A program made the position numbers and the translations under genes. A stretch of 64,000 nucleotides of DNA from Candidatus Cloacimonadota bacterium. Its GTDB lineage: Bacteria; Cloacimonadota; Cloacimonadia; Cloacimonadales; DAONDQ01. The stretch lies in contig DAONDQ010000001.1 in NCBI GenBank assembly GCA_035402645.1, positions 15,680-79,679 of the forward strand, written 5' to 3'. The notes under the pieces are model-generated. The model was not told where the DNA came from, did no database searches, and saw nothing but the letters and a program-made list of their open reading frames with translations. This document shows, piece by piece, positions 55,921 through 64,000 of this stretch. Positions within the stretch are counted from its first letter, which is position 1; the number at the start of each line of letters is the position of its first letter.

Positions 55921-56961
55921 CTATTTCCTCTTCAGGCTTCTTTTCAGTTTTGTAGTATGCTGTGTCAGTTCATCGAGTTGTTTCACGTCATCATGGGTCT
56001 TATCTTCCAGTTGGATACGTTTTCCCCTGAATTTTTCATATTCTTTATGCGCCAATGCCTGTGCCACTTCATGTGACACTTTCCCTGAATTCTTCAGAAT
56101 TTCCCTGCCGTTGAATCGCAGGAAGGCATCCAGTTTTTCCTTCCAGTCCCTCATATACATAGGCAATTGTCGTTCTGCCTGGTCTTCCGCATAGTCTAAA
56201 TACATGGTGACGATTCGATTCAGTTCTTTCAATTCCTGTTCGTTCAGGTAATTCTTGGCAACCTCCACATCCGTTTTCCTGACTTTTTTCCCTTTCCATG
56301 ATGTTAAGCCCATATTGGGTTTCTCAGCATTGGCTCTATCTGAAATCAATTCTGCCGCAGTTTTGCCATGCACGGCATAATGAAGCTTGTTCTGAACCGT
56401 GGCATAGAACTCCACCGTGATGGGAGCATTGGGATCATAATCCACAGCAAGGCTGTAAAGTTCTGTAATCTTCCTATAGAACATTTTCTCGGAAGAACGG
56501 ATATCCCGAATACGTTCCAGCAGTTCATCGAAATAGTCCCTTCCGAAGGCTTTTGCTTCCTTGAGCCTGTAATCATCAAGGACAAATCCCTTCTGCAGCA
56601 ACTCTTTCAGCTTTTCGGTAGCCCATCTGCGGAATTGCATACCCCGATGAGATTTTACCCGATAACCTACTGCGAGAATTGCTTCCAGGCTATAATAAGC
56701 TAACGGTCTATTTATCTTACGGTTACCTTCCTGTTGAACTGTCAAGAATTCCTTGACAGTTGCCCCATAATCCAATTCCCCATCGTTATAACTATTTAAT
56801 AAATGGCGACTTACATTCTGTTTCGTTGTTTGATACAATTCAGCAATTGCCAACTGACTCAGCCACACGTTCTCATTTTCGAATTTCACATCGATCCGGG
56901 TTGAACCATCTTCGGTCTGGTAGAGCAGGAAATTGGAGCTTATCAAATCCGTTTTTTTCAT
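55921..56961 (-). CDS. rhuM: RhuM-family protein (copy 2)
   Basis: Same motif set as copy 1 (AVGYRVKSHRGMQFRRWATEKLKELLQKGFVLDDYRLK, IRDIRSSEKMFYRKI, LNRIVTMYLDYAE, PMYMRDW). ATGA overlap with the hsdM stop. Confidence 0.8.
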   Translation of the reverse strand: MKKTDLISSNFLLYQTEDGSTRIDVKFENENVWLSQLAIAELYQTTKQNVSRHLLNSYNDGELDYGATVKEFLTVQQEGNRKINRPLAYYSLEAILAVGYRVKSHRGMQFRRWATEKLKELLQKGFVLDDYRLKEAKAFGRDYFDELLERIRDIRSSEKMFYRKITELYSLAVDYDPNAPITVEFYATVQNKLHYAVHGKTAAELISDRANAEKPNMGLTSWKGKKVRKTDVEVAKNYLNEQELKELNRIVTMYLDYAEDQAERQLPMYMRDWKEKLDAFLRFNGREILKNSGKVSHEVAQALAHKEYEKFRGKRIQLEDKTHDDVKQLDELTQHTTKLKRSLKRK

Positions 56962-58490
56962 GACTCATCTCCAAAGCCCAATTCCTGCAAGTATTCCTGC
57001 ATTTCCTTCTTCAGGGTTTCCAATTCACCCTCAAGCGTTTTAATGCTCTCCTGTACCGCCTTGATATCGATTTCCTCTTCTGCTTCAAATGTATCCACAT
57101 AACGAGGTATGTTTAGATTGTATTCATTGGATTTGATCTCGTCCAACGTGGAAAGGTGGGAGTATTTAGCCAATTCTGTGAAATCATCATACGTCTGCAC
57201 GATCTTCCTGATGGCGTCCTGATTCAGGATATTTTGCTTCTTTCCCGGAGTATAATCCTTGCTGGCATCGATGAAGAGAACATGCTTGTCTCGCTTTTCC
57301 ACCGCTTTATCCCACACTTTGCGGGCTTTGTTGAAAATGAGGATACAGGCTGAAATCCCTGCACCATAGAAGAGCTTCTCCGGTAAGCCGATCACAGCTT
57401 CCAACAGGTTATCATCCACCAGCTTGGTACGAATCATACCTTCTGCCCCGCCCCTGAACAGCACGCCATGCGGAACGATCACTGCAACCCGTCCTTCATC
57501 CTTGAGAGTTGTCTCGATCATGTGACTGATAAAGGCATAATCACCCTTGCTTTTCGGCGGAATTCCTCTCCAGAATCGATTGAAACGATCATGACCGGCA
57601 TCCTCGTATCCCCATTTTTCCAACGAAAACGGGGGATTGGCTACCACGATATTGAATCTCATCAATTCATCATTCTCGATCAAACGCGGACTGTTGATCG
57701 TGTCCCCCCATTCAATCTGGGCACTATCCATACCATGCAGGAACATGTTCATCCTGCACAGGGACCAGGTGGAGCCATTGGATTCCTGACCATAGAGGGC
57801 ATAATTGCTGTCCTTCACTTCTTTCGCAACCTTGATCAATAAAGAACCCGAGCCGCACGTAGGGTCGCAAATCCTATCTCCGGGCTTGGGATGTACCAAT
57901 TTTGCCAGTAATTCAGATACTTCAGCAGGTGTGTAGAACTCACCCGCTTTCTTACCTGCACCTGCTGCAAATCGAGCAATGAGGTATTCATAGACATCAC
58001 CGATCACGTCCCTGCTGTGCAATACAGAAGGACGTAAATCCAGTTTGGGATTATTGAAATCGTTCAGCAGGTTGCGAAGTCTTCGATTTCTATCCTTTGT
58101 CTGCCCGAGAGCGGCTTCACTGTTGAAGTCAACATTGCGAAACACATTTTCCAATTTCAGTTTATTGGCATCTTCAATCTTATTGAGCGCTTTGTTGATT
58201 ATTTCGCCGATATTGGCATCCTCTTTCCTGCTGAACAGGTACGTAAAATCAGATTCGGGCGGAACCTTGAACCGCTCGCGTTCCAATGCCCTCTTGATTC
58301 GCTCTGCGTCGCCTGCATAGCGCTCACTGTATTCTTCATATTTATCCTTCCAGAGATCGCTGATGTACTTGATAAACAACATGGTCAGGATATAATCTTT
58401 ATACTGACCTGCATCGATTGCTCCGCGGAACGTATCGCACGCTTGCCAGACAATCTCGTTGATTTCATCTTTGGTGGGAATGGGGGTCAT
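56958..58490 (-). CDS. hsdM: Type I restriction-modification methyltransferase subunit M
   Basis: Motif I DPTCGSGSLL and motif IV VVANPPFS. N-terminal HsdM_N-like region. Confidence 0.9.
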   Translation of the reverse strand: MTPIPTKDEINEIVWQACDTFRGAIDAGQYKDYILTMLFIKYISDLWKDKYEEYSERYAGDAERIKRALERERFKVPPESDFTYLFSRKEDANIGEIINKALNKIEDANKLKLENVFRNVDFNSEAALGQTKDRNRRLRNLLNDFNNPKLDLRPSVLHSRDVIGDVYEYLIARFAAGAGKKAGEFYTPAEVSELLAKLVHPKPGDRICDPTCGSGSLLIKVAKEVKDSNYALYGQESNGSTWSLCRMNMFLHGMDSAQIEWGDTINSPRLIENDELMRFNIVVANPPFSLEKWGYEDAGHDRFNRFWRGIPPKSKGDYAFISHMIETTLKDEGRVAVIVPHGVLFRGGAEGMIRTKLVDDNLLEAVIGLPEKLFYGAGISACILIFNKARKVWDKAVEKRDKHVLFIDASKDYTPGKKQNILNQDAIRKIVQTYDDFTELAKYSHLSTLDEIKSNEYNLNIPRYVDTFEAEEEIDIKAVQESIKTLEGELETLKKEMQEYLQELGFGDES

Positions 58491-59077
58491 GCTTTCTCCT
58501 CTTTGATTATGGCTCTATATGTTACCGTGTTGATTAAATCTGACTGTAATTCCAGCAGTTTCTTCGTTTTATTCTTCATCTGACTGTATAGTTCTGCCAA
58601 TTTGACGATTTTTCGCTGCATCTCGATTTCCGGTATGAGTATGGGGGTATTCCGCAAGGCTTCGGCGGTAATAAACGAAAGAGTGGCGCCTGAGGAGCGG
58701 TTGATTGCAAAATACTCCTGCGCCATCCTCTGATTGAGCCACCATGCAAGATAACCCGGTTCCATGTCGGATACAGTGATCCGAATCGCATAGAATGACC
58801 CGGAAGCCACAGTATTGTGCAAAGACTGTTTCGGATAAACCGCCAGGTTGCTGGTGCCTTTTGCCATGAAAAGAACATCCTTCCTTTGCAGTAAGAACTT
58901 ACTATCCTCTGTCTTCAAATCGATCCTTACCAGGTTCGAGACATCAATCTCATTCTCAGCAGAAATATCCTTCCCGAGAATGATGGTATAGTCGGACTCT
59001 GCCACAGGTTCCAATCTCGTTCTTGCCTGGTAGCCCATCTGAATGGCAGCAACTTCTTTCAGTAATGCCTTTCTCAT
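58487..59077 (-). CDS. hsdS: half-size specificity subunit (single TRD HsdS-like)
   Basis: One TRD followed by an IPEIEMQRKIVKLAELY...-type conserved helix. The ATG at 59077 has a GAGGTG SD; the ORF-track GTG start is at 59098. 4-nt overlap with hsdM. Confidence 0.65.
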   Translation of the reverse strand: MRKALLKEVAAIQMGYQARTRLEPVAESDYTIILGKDISAENEIDVSNLVRIDLKTEDSKFLLQRKDVLFMAKGTSNLAVYPKQSLHNTVASGSFYAIRITVSDMEPGYLAWWLNQRMAQEYFAINRSSGATLSFITAEALRNTPILIPEIEMQRKIVKLAELYSQMKNKTKKLLELQSDLINTVTYRAIIKEEKA

Positions 59078-59391
59078 TTCACCTCTTTCCTGATTCACGA
59101 TGAAATACTTTCACGTAATTGAATCTACATCTAATTTAAAAAGAGGATTGGAATTGTCAAGCATTATTTTACGTGTAGTAGGTCTAATTATGCAGTCTGA
59201 TATATCTGCTTTATGTCCTCAACCTTTCCTTTATTCGTTCATCTTCATAATAAGATTCATTCGCCGAATTTTGTCCACTTATTTCCCTTCGCACTGAGTG
59301 TTTGTCCATCTCTCTATTATCTGTTTGGATTTTAGCACCATAGAGACACCATTTAACAAAGCATAAGCGACAGGTAAAAGACTCTCAACCA

Positions 59392-59455
59392 TCTCTTAAA
59401 TCCTAAGAGATTCTTGAGGGAGGCTTGAGGGATGTTTAAGAGAGGTTTAAGAGAC
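59392..59455. repeat. cluster of short direct and inverted repeats upstream of the Type I operon
   Basis: TCTCTTA-N5-TAAGAGA (59392-59410). CTTGAGGGA x2 at 11-nt period (59413, 59424). GTTTAAGAGA x2 at 11-nt period (59434, 59445). Confidence 0.4.
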
Positions 59456-59649
59456 GTGGTATGGAAATAAATCAGTCATAGAGTATTACCATAGAATGAT
59501 CATAATAATCCATATTCACCTCAATGGGGTTCGCTATCCTATATACGAAAGATGAAAAGCACATGATGTTTCTTATATCAGAATAAGAAAGATATTGACA
59601 GCAGAAATCATTAGCCGTAAGAAGAGTATAGATTGAAAGGGAGGCGTTT

Positions 59650-59973
59650 ATGCTGGAAGATCAAGATTTTACAGAGTCAATTCAGGAACAACCTCAGCCC
59701 ATTTTAAATCGTGTCAATTTTATGTCATCCGATGAAGTTTCCATCAGCGAATGGATCGTCGTAATGCTTCTGATGTGTATACCTTTGGCAAATATTATAT
59801 TGCTGTTTGTATGGGCATTTGATAGCAATGTCAAACCAAGCAAAGCGAATTGGGCTAAAGCGTCCCTCATTTTCTTTGCGATATCATTCGTCCTTACAAT
59901 AATATTCGTTATTGCATTCGGTTCCATGTTTTCATCCATGATGGGAGGAGCAAACCCGGGCAGTTTCTATTAA
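59650..59973 (+). CDS. small membrane protein, hypothetical
   Basis: GGGAGG SD. Two TM segments (WIVVMLLMCIPLANIILLFVWAF; LIFFAISFVLTIIFVIAFG). Followed by a strong terminator. Confidence 0.6.
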   Translation: MLEDQDFTESIQEQPQPILNRVNFMSSDEVSISEWIVVMLLMCIPLANIILLFVWAFDSNVKPSKANWAKASLIFFAISFVLTIIFVIAFGSMFSSMMGGANPGSFY

Positions 59974-60012
59974 TTAATACTTTTTAACATGGTCTTATTA
60001 TTATCAAGAAAA

Positions 60013-60040
60013 AGAGACAGCATTGCTGTCTCTTTTTTTA
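60013..60040 (+). terminator. rho-independent terminator
   Basis: AGAGACAGC-ATT-GCTGTCTCT followed by TTTTTTTA. Confidence 0.75.
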
Positions 60041-60049
60041 TGCTTGTTT

Positions 60050-60218
60050 GGAGTTCAAATTGCCTTCGTGATTGAAGATGATTTGACAGTTTTAGGCAAT
60101 GCGGACTTCAAAACATGACTTCAGCTCATGGTAGAAAGCATAAAATTCAGCAGCCATGAAGTCCGCACATCCAAGGAATCTTCCTTTCTTTCTCAATCAC
60201 GTAGGATGTTTGAACTCC
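60050..60218. repeat. 169-nt nested imperfect palindrome (MITE-like element or structured RNA)
   Basis: Paired arms GGAGTTCAAA (60050) / TTTGAACTCC (60209), CGTGATTGA (60067) / TCAATCACG (60193), and TGCGGACTTCA (60100) / TGAAGTCCGCA (60157). All are symmetric about ~60134. Confidence 0.4.
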
Positions 60219-60232
60219 ATAGCAAAGGGGAC

Positions 60233-60256
60233 GATAGACACATGGGTCTATCCCTA
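60233..60256. repeat. 24-nt hairpin repeat, copy 1 (GATAGACACATGGGTCTATCCCTA)
   Basis: Identical to 62950-62973. Internally palindromic (GATAGAC-ACATGG-GTCTATC). Confidence 0.6.
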
Positions 60257-60291
60257 GATGCATCACAGCAAGAACGGAGTCTTGCTCCACA

Positions 60292-61530
60292 TTAGAACTT
60301 CACGATCTTGCCTGTATGACTTTTCCCATTTGCTGTTGCTTTGATCAAGTATACACCGTTGCTGACCTTCATGTTATTGCTATCCCTTCCATCCCAAGTC
60401 AGGGTACTCTCTCGCATATGTTCCCATTTCTTCACCAGTTGACCGCGGATGTTGTAAATGGCAATATCTGCGGGGGAGTTTGCTTTATCAGGCATTTCCA
60501 GTTTTACTTCATTTCTGAATGGGTTGGGAGAAACATGCAGGGAAAATAAGGGATTGGGAGCAATTGGGTCATCGTTGGAAACGTAGTCTGCCCATGTGAG
60601 TACAAGGCTGTTTTGCGATGAATGGTAAGAGTTGCCGTCTATCCAAGACTGCGAATCATTATAATGAGTTAAATATCCCATTGAATCGAAGAGCATGTCG
60701 TATGATCTTATATTTTGGAATTGAATATTCAGGCTTTGTCCTTCCAAATTGTATAACGGGTGAATGATCGAATCGGAGAAATCAGTCATAAAAAAACTGT
60801 CTATTTGATATACAGGATTCAATACCATCATCCATTTTAACATAGGTTCATCTATATAGTATTCGAAAACCTTATCAAAATGAAGTCCAACCATATTGAG
60901 CGGCAGATCATTGGGATAAGTAATCAGAATCGAATTAATCGGTGGGCTTACAATTCCGTCTGTAGAATAAGTTATCTGGTCAAGAAAACCCTGGGTATCG
61001 TAGTGCATTCTATATGTATGCTGGTTCCCATCTAAACTGGTTTTAATGCTGTCCAAATTGTCTGATGGATTATAGTAATACCTGACTCTTTGGTTTGGCC
61101 AATTATAATTGTAGTCTACGATTCTATCCAGGCTATCTTTATAGATGTCAAGAGTCTGATCATAATCAGGTGGTTGCGGTACGTGGTAGTGGATGTGCTT
61201 ATATCCGTTTTCGAAACTGATTTCACTTGTATAATCTATTGTGGTCGTATGAGATTCAGAGGAAGTCGAAGTGAAAAGAATATCCTCTATATTCACGTAA
61301 TCTATCAGTTCCGGATTATCTGCCTGATAAAAATAATGAGTAGTGGTAGAGTGATTTGAATCATAAGTATAATCTGGAGGCCCGCTTTCAAATATTGAAA
61401 AATAATCATTTACCGCTTTGGTAATGACATGCCTGTATGTATCCGGGCGTGAATCAGCAAAACTGAGGATTGGGTATAAGAATAAAACAAGAACCATTAA
61501 TAACGGTTTCAACACTAGTTGCTCTTTCAT
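60292..61530 (-). CDS. secreted protein with a T9SS C-terminal sorting domain (paralogue 1)
   Basis: Start at MKEQLVLKPLL (GGAGG SD). Signal peptide. C-terminal SPNPFRNEVKLEM...ADIAIYNIRGQLVKKW...NGVYLIKATANGKSHTGKIVKF. Confidence 0.75.
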   Translation of the reverse strand: MKEQLVLKPLLMVLVLFLYPILSFADSRPDTYRHVITKAVNDYFSIFESGPPDYTYDSNHSTTTHYFYQADNPELIDYVNIEDILFTSTSSESHTTTIDYTSEISFENGYKHIHYHVPQPPDYDQTLDIYKDSLDRIVDYNYNWPNQRVRYYYNPSDNLDSIKTSLDGNQHTYRMHYDTQGFLDQITYSTDGIVSPPINSILITYPNDLPLNMVGLHFDKVFEYYIDEPMLKWMMVLNPVYQIDSFFMTDFSDSIIHPLYNLEGQSLNIQFQNIRSYDMLFDSMGYLTHYNDSQSWIDGNSYHSSQNSLVLTWADYVSNDDPIAPNPLFSLHVSPNPFRNEVKLEMPDKANSPADIAIYNIRGQLVKKWEHMRESTLTWDGRDSNNMKVSNGVYLIKATANGKSHTGKIVKF

Positions 61531-61538
61531 GATACCTC

Positions 61539-62726
61539 CTACCATATCTTCACAACCTTGCCAACACTGTTCTTTGCTCCCTGCCTGGCTTTGATGAGAT
61601 ATATCCCACTACTGACCTGATTATTGTTTTTGTCTTTTCCATCCCAAGTTAAGGAAGTCTCTCTGACATTATCCCATCTTCTCACCAATTGCCCGCGGAT
61701 ATTGTAAATGGCTATATCTGCGGGGGAGTTTGTCTTTTCGGAAAACTCTAGTTTTACGGTATTGTGGAAAGGGTTGGGATAAGCATTAATTGAAATAGCT
61801 GGAGTGGGTGCACTTTCATCATCGTTTGCTGTAATGGTTTCCCAAGTAAAATTCTCCCCGAAGCTTTGATGATAACTAATGCTCGAAGTTGAGCTAAAGG
61901 TGGAGCTATCTTCAGTAAGATACCCAGAATTAAATGAATAGGTATACTCAGTACCTGTATCACTGGTAAACGAAACCGTATTATCAGTATATTGTGGATG
62001 AATTGTATGATTGTCTTCCGAGTAACTTTCAATGTTATATGTTGGATCAAAAGTCACTCTGAATAACAATAAGGCAGGATTAAAACCATACAAAAATACA
62101 TCATCAATATTCAAAGGATAAGTATATGGAATTATTCCCGAACATGAAATCTGAATTTCGTCATTATTTTGATAGTCATTTACATAAGAAACGGTGCCAT
62201 TATTTGCATAATGGAGTTTATAAGCGTAGACTATTCCATTGTAAGAATAATATGTACTATCTAATTTGCCACTAGTGTTATAATAATTCCGAATTCTATA
62301 ACTTGGATCTGTTGAATCATACTCCAGTATTCTGTTTTGCACATCCTTCCAAATATCCATATTGTTATTTTGCGATGTTTGATAAGATATATGCTTGAAT
62401 CCATTTTCCCAAGTTAATGTACCAAAGTAAAAAACCGTACTTGAATCACTTGATGTCACATTTCCTGTATATTCATTCCAAGAGCTGCTGGTATGTTGAT
62501 TGAATATAGAGCTTATCAACTCAGGATTATCGGGACAATATTGATAGGTTTGATTTGTCGTGGACGAAGACACCGAGGTATGGCTAGAAAAATCCATATT
62601 ATTTGTATAATGCATGAGTCGCTTTGTTTCAATTTGACGAGTTTGCCCTGGGCAGGAAATAGGATACAGACCATACAAAAGAAAAATATAAAAGATTGCT
62701 TTTTTGATTAACCCCTGAGATTTCAT
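61539..62726 (-). CDS. secreted protein with a T9SS C-terminal sorting domain (paralogue 2)
   Basis: GGGAGGTG SD. Signal peptide. C-terminal YPNPFHNTVKLEF...ADIAIYNIRGQLVRRW...SGIYLIKARQGAKNSVGKVVKIW. The body shares motifs with paralogue 1 (DNPELI, ENG.KHI.Y). Confidence 0.75.
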   Translation of the reverse strand: MKSQGLIKKAIFYIFLLYGLYPISCPGQTRQIETKRLMHYTNNMDFSSHTSVSSSTTNQTYQYCPDNPELISSIFNQHTSSSWNEYTGNVTSSDSSTVFYFGTLTWENGFKHISYQTSQNNNMDIWKDVQNRILEYDSTDPSYRIRNYYNTSGKLDSTYYSYNGIVYAYKLHYANNGTVSYVNDYQNNDEIQISCSGIIPYTYPLNIDDVFLYGFNPALLLFRVTFDPTYNIESYSEDNHTIHPQYTDNTVSFTSDTGTEYTYSFNSGYLTEDSSTFSSTSSISYHQSFGENFTWETITANDDESAPTPAISINAYPNPFHNTVKLEFSEKTNSPADIAIYNIRGQLVRRWDNVRETSLTWDGKDKNNNQVSSGIYLIKARQGAKNSVGKVVKIW

Positions 62727-62949
62727 TCTTCACCTCCCTATCATTTTAAAAAGACAATTTTCTTCGTATAAGAATACCTTATTAAATGGAATGATAGTAA
62801 TCATAGCATCCCTCCTATGAATATGTTTTAAATCTCACCAATGAAAACAATTAAATTACATGCATATTTTATTCATAATTGAATATTATTTGTCAAGTTT
62901 TGTTGTTCGCAGCAGTGCAGCGAAGCTTTGTATAGGATGCGAGGAAGAG

Positions 62950-62973
62950 GATAGACACATGGGTCTATCCCTA
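62950..62973. repeat. 24-nt hairpin repeat, copy 2
   Basis: Exact copy of 60233-60256. Here the stem is 8 bp (GGATAGAC/GTCTATCC). Confidence 0.6.
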
Positions 62974-62974
62974 C

Positions 62975-63005
62975 ATAAAAAAAGACGCCCGTATAGGGCG
63001 TCTTT
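62975..63005 (-). terminator. rho-independent terminator of the right-edge gene
   Basis: On the minus strand, AAAGACGCCC-TATAC-GGGCGTCTTT is followed by TTTTTTT. Confidence 0.7.
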
Positions 63006-63074
63006 ACATATTATTTTTGGGTCTGCTGACGCGGACCCCTACTGATACCTGTTACCTGTTACCTGGTACCTAAT

Positions 63075-64000
63075 TTATTCTTCAATCACTTCCACATTGG
63101 CACGTGGAATAACGATCGTTGACCCGTCTTCCAATTTGGCTTCGAGAACACGGACTTTCGTTTCGCTTTCAACCACCGTGAGCAATTCAGGGAGTCCTGT
63201 GACTCTGCCTATCTTGCCAAAACCGGGTTGACGAATGACACGGATGAGTGTTCCGATATCCAATGAAGGCATGGCAGCTTCCTTGACCACAAGTTCCTTT
63301 TCGTCGAAGGGCAGCGGGATGATAAGTTCGGGTCTCATCACACCGGCACGAATCTGGGTCTTACCATGGATGGAAGCAGCATGTCCATCGAATTTTTTCA
63401 GAAGCTCATAGGTCTTCTTTGCCATATTGATCGGTCCGAAACCTTCCGTTACGAGGATAGTGATACCCAGGTTTTCATGTCCGGTAATGGCAACACCGAT
63501 ATCATAACCGAGAAGTTTCTTGAGTTCCTGGTCATCGATACCACCGGTGATGATCGCCATCACTCCAACCTGTTTAGCTTTCATGATGACATCGTAGCTG
63601 CACATGTTACCGGAAACGATGATCTGCCCTTTATTGGCTTCACTGAGCATATCGGTCGAGATCTGTGAATCCGGTGATTTAGCCAGGACATGGATAGTGC
63701 CGAAGGTTTCTCCGCCAATACCAAAGATTCCCTGGACATAGGCTGACTTATTTTCGACTTCCACGCCTTCGCCTTCAATGACCTTGGTGATTATGCCATC
63801 GATAAAGGCTTTTACCTGGACGGGGATACGAGGTTCACGAAGCAAGACTTGACCTGTCAGTTTGGAAATACTCTCGACTTCACCATCAATCGGTGATTTC
63901 ACGGAATTCTTCATGAATCCCAAGCCGAAAAGACCTTTGTTCTCAGCCAGAATCTGGTTCTTCGTGATCTGTTGTCCAGGCTCGACTTTGATGAAATCAG
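63075..64000 (-). CDS. hypothetical protein, 3' part (gene continues past the right edge)
   Basis: The frame stays open from 63923 to 64000 (DFIKVEPGQQITKNQILAENKGLFGLGF...), so the TTG start in the ORF track is not the real start. The N-terminal portion resembles a lipoyl/barrel-sandwich-hybrid motif. Function unknown. Confidence 0.55.
   Translation of the reverse strand, partial: DFIKVEPGQQITKNQILAENKGLFGLGFMKNSVKSPIDGEVESISKLTGQVLLREPRIPVQVKAFIDGIITKVIEGEGVEVENKSAYVQGIFGIGGETFGTIHVLAKSPDSQISTDMLSEANKGQIIVSGNMCSYDVIMKAKQVGVMAIITGGIDDQELKKLLGYDIGVAITGHENLGITILVTEGFGPINMAKKTYELLKKFDGHAASIHGKTQIRAGVMRPELIIPLPFDEKELVVKEAAMPSLDIGTLIRVIRQPGFGKIGRVTGLPELLTVVESETKVRVLEAKLEDGSTIVIPRANVEVIEE

Noticed and set aside
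59100-59297. 65-aa plus-strand ORF in the gap upstream of the Type I operon
   Set aside because: It has no SD and an odd composition, and it overlaps the likely promoter/5' region of the hsd operon. There is insufficient support for a gene.
63046-63071. TACCTGT heptamer repeated ~3.6 times just 3' of the right-edge gene stop
   Set aside because: It is a very short microsatellite between the stop codon and the terminator, with no second copy or symmetry. It is probably incidental.

Overview
Gene-dense bacterial chromosomal window, coded almost entirely on the minus strand and roughly 40% GC by eye. Several proteins end in T9SS (Por-secretion-tail) sorting domains and there are two PorV-like barrels. 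This suggests an FCB-superphylum-type organism, possibly an uncultivated lineage; that is inference only. Left to right: (1) an envelope block at 1-9.8 kb with a PorV-like barrel, a 1026-aa T9SS cargo protein, TonB-ExbD-ExbD-ExbB and a TonB-dependent receptor. (2) Housekeeping genes at 9.9-17.7 kb: lipoate ligase family, purM, pfkB-type kinase, aminotransferase, glyS, a second PorV-like barrel and a PTS-IIA(Ntr)-like protein. (3) Defence island 1 at 17.8-25.5 kb, a Type III-like R-M system (Res, RhuM, Mod) whose mod gene is split by a +1 frameshift in an A6/T6 run. (4) An ArsR / DUF318-type permease / CxxC thioredoxin-like operon, preceded by an 83-bp palindrome built of 11-bp-phased TACGGTA heptamers. 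(5) Two tandem ~610-aa PilX-N-terminal-like paralogues at 27.4-31.3 kb, followed by mtaD. (6) A 14-gene type IV pilus operon at 33.0-47.1 kb: pilA, pilT, two minor pilins, a third ~610-aa paralogue, pilMNO(P)Q, an Ig-repeat lipoprotein, pilB and pilC. (7) A divergent PpiD/SurA-like PPIase. (8) Defence island 2 at 49.6-59.1 kb, a nine-gene Type I R-M operon. It runs half-size hsdS, hsdM, RhuM, hsdS, TIR-like protein, small 3-TM protein, DUF2188 protein, hsdR, DUF45 metallopeptidase. (9) A small membrane protein, a 169-nt nested palindrome, two tandem T9SS-cargo paralogues bracketed by an identical 24-nt hairpin repeat, and a partial gene at the right edge. I found no rRNA, tRNA, CRISPR array, integrase or transposase. 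The best candidate for an undescribed system is the tightly coupled TIR-like + small membrane protein (+DUF2188) cassette wedged between hsdS and hsdR. All family assignments come from motif recognition by eye, not database searches.
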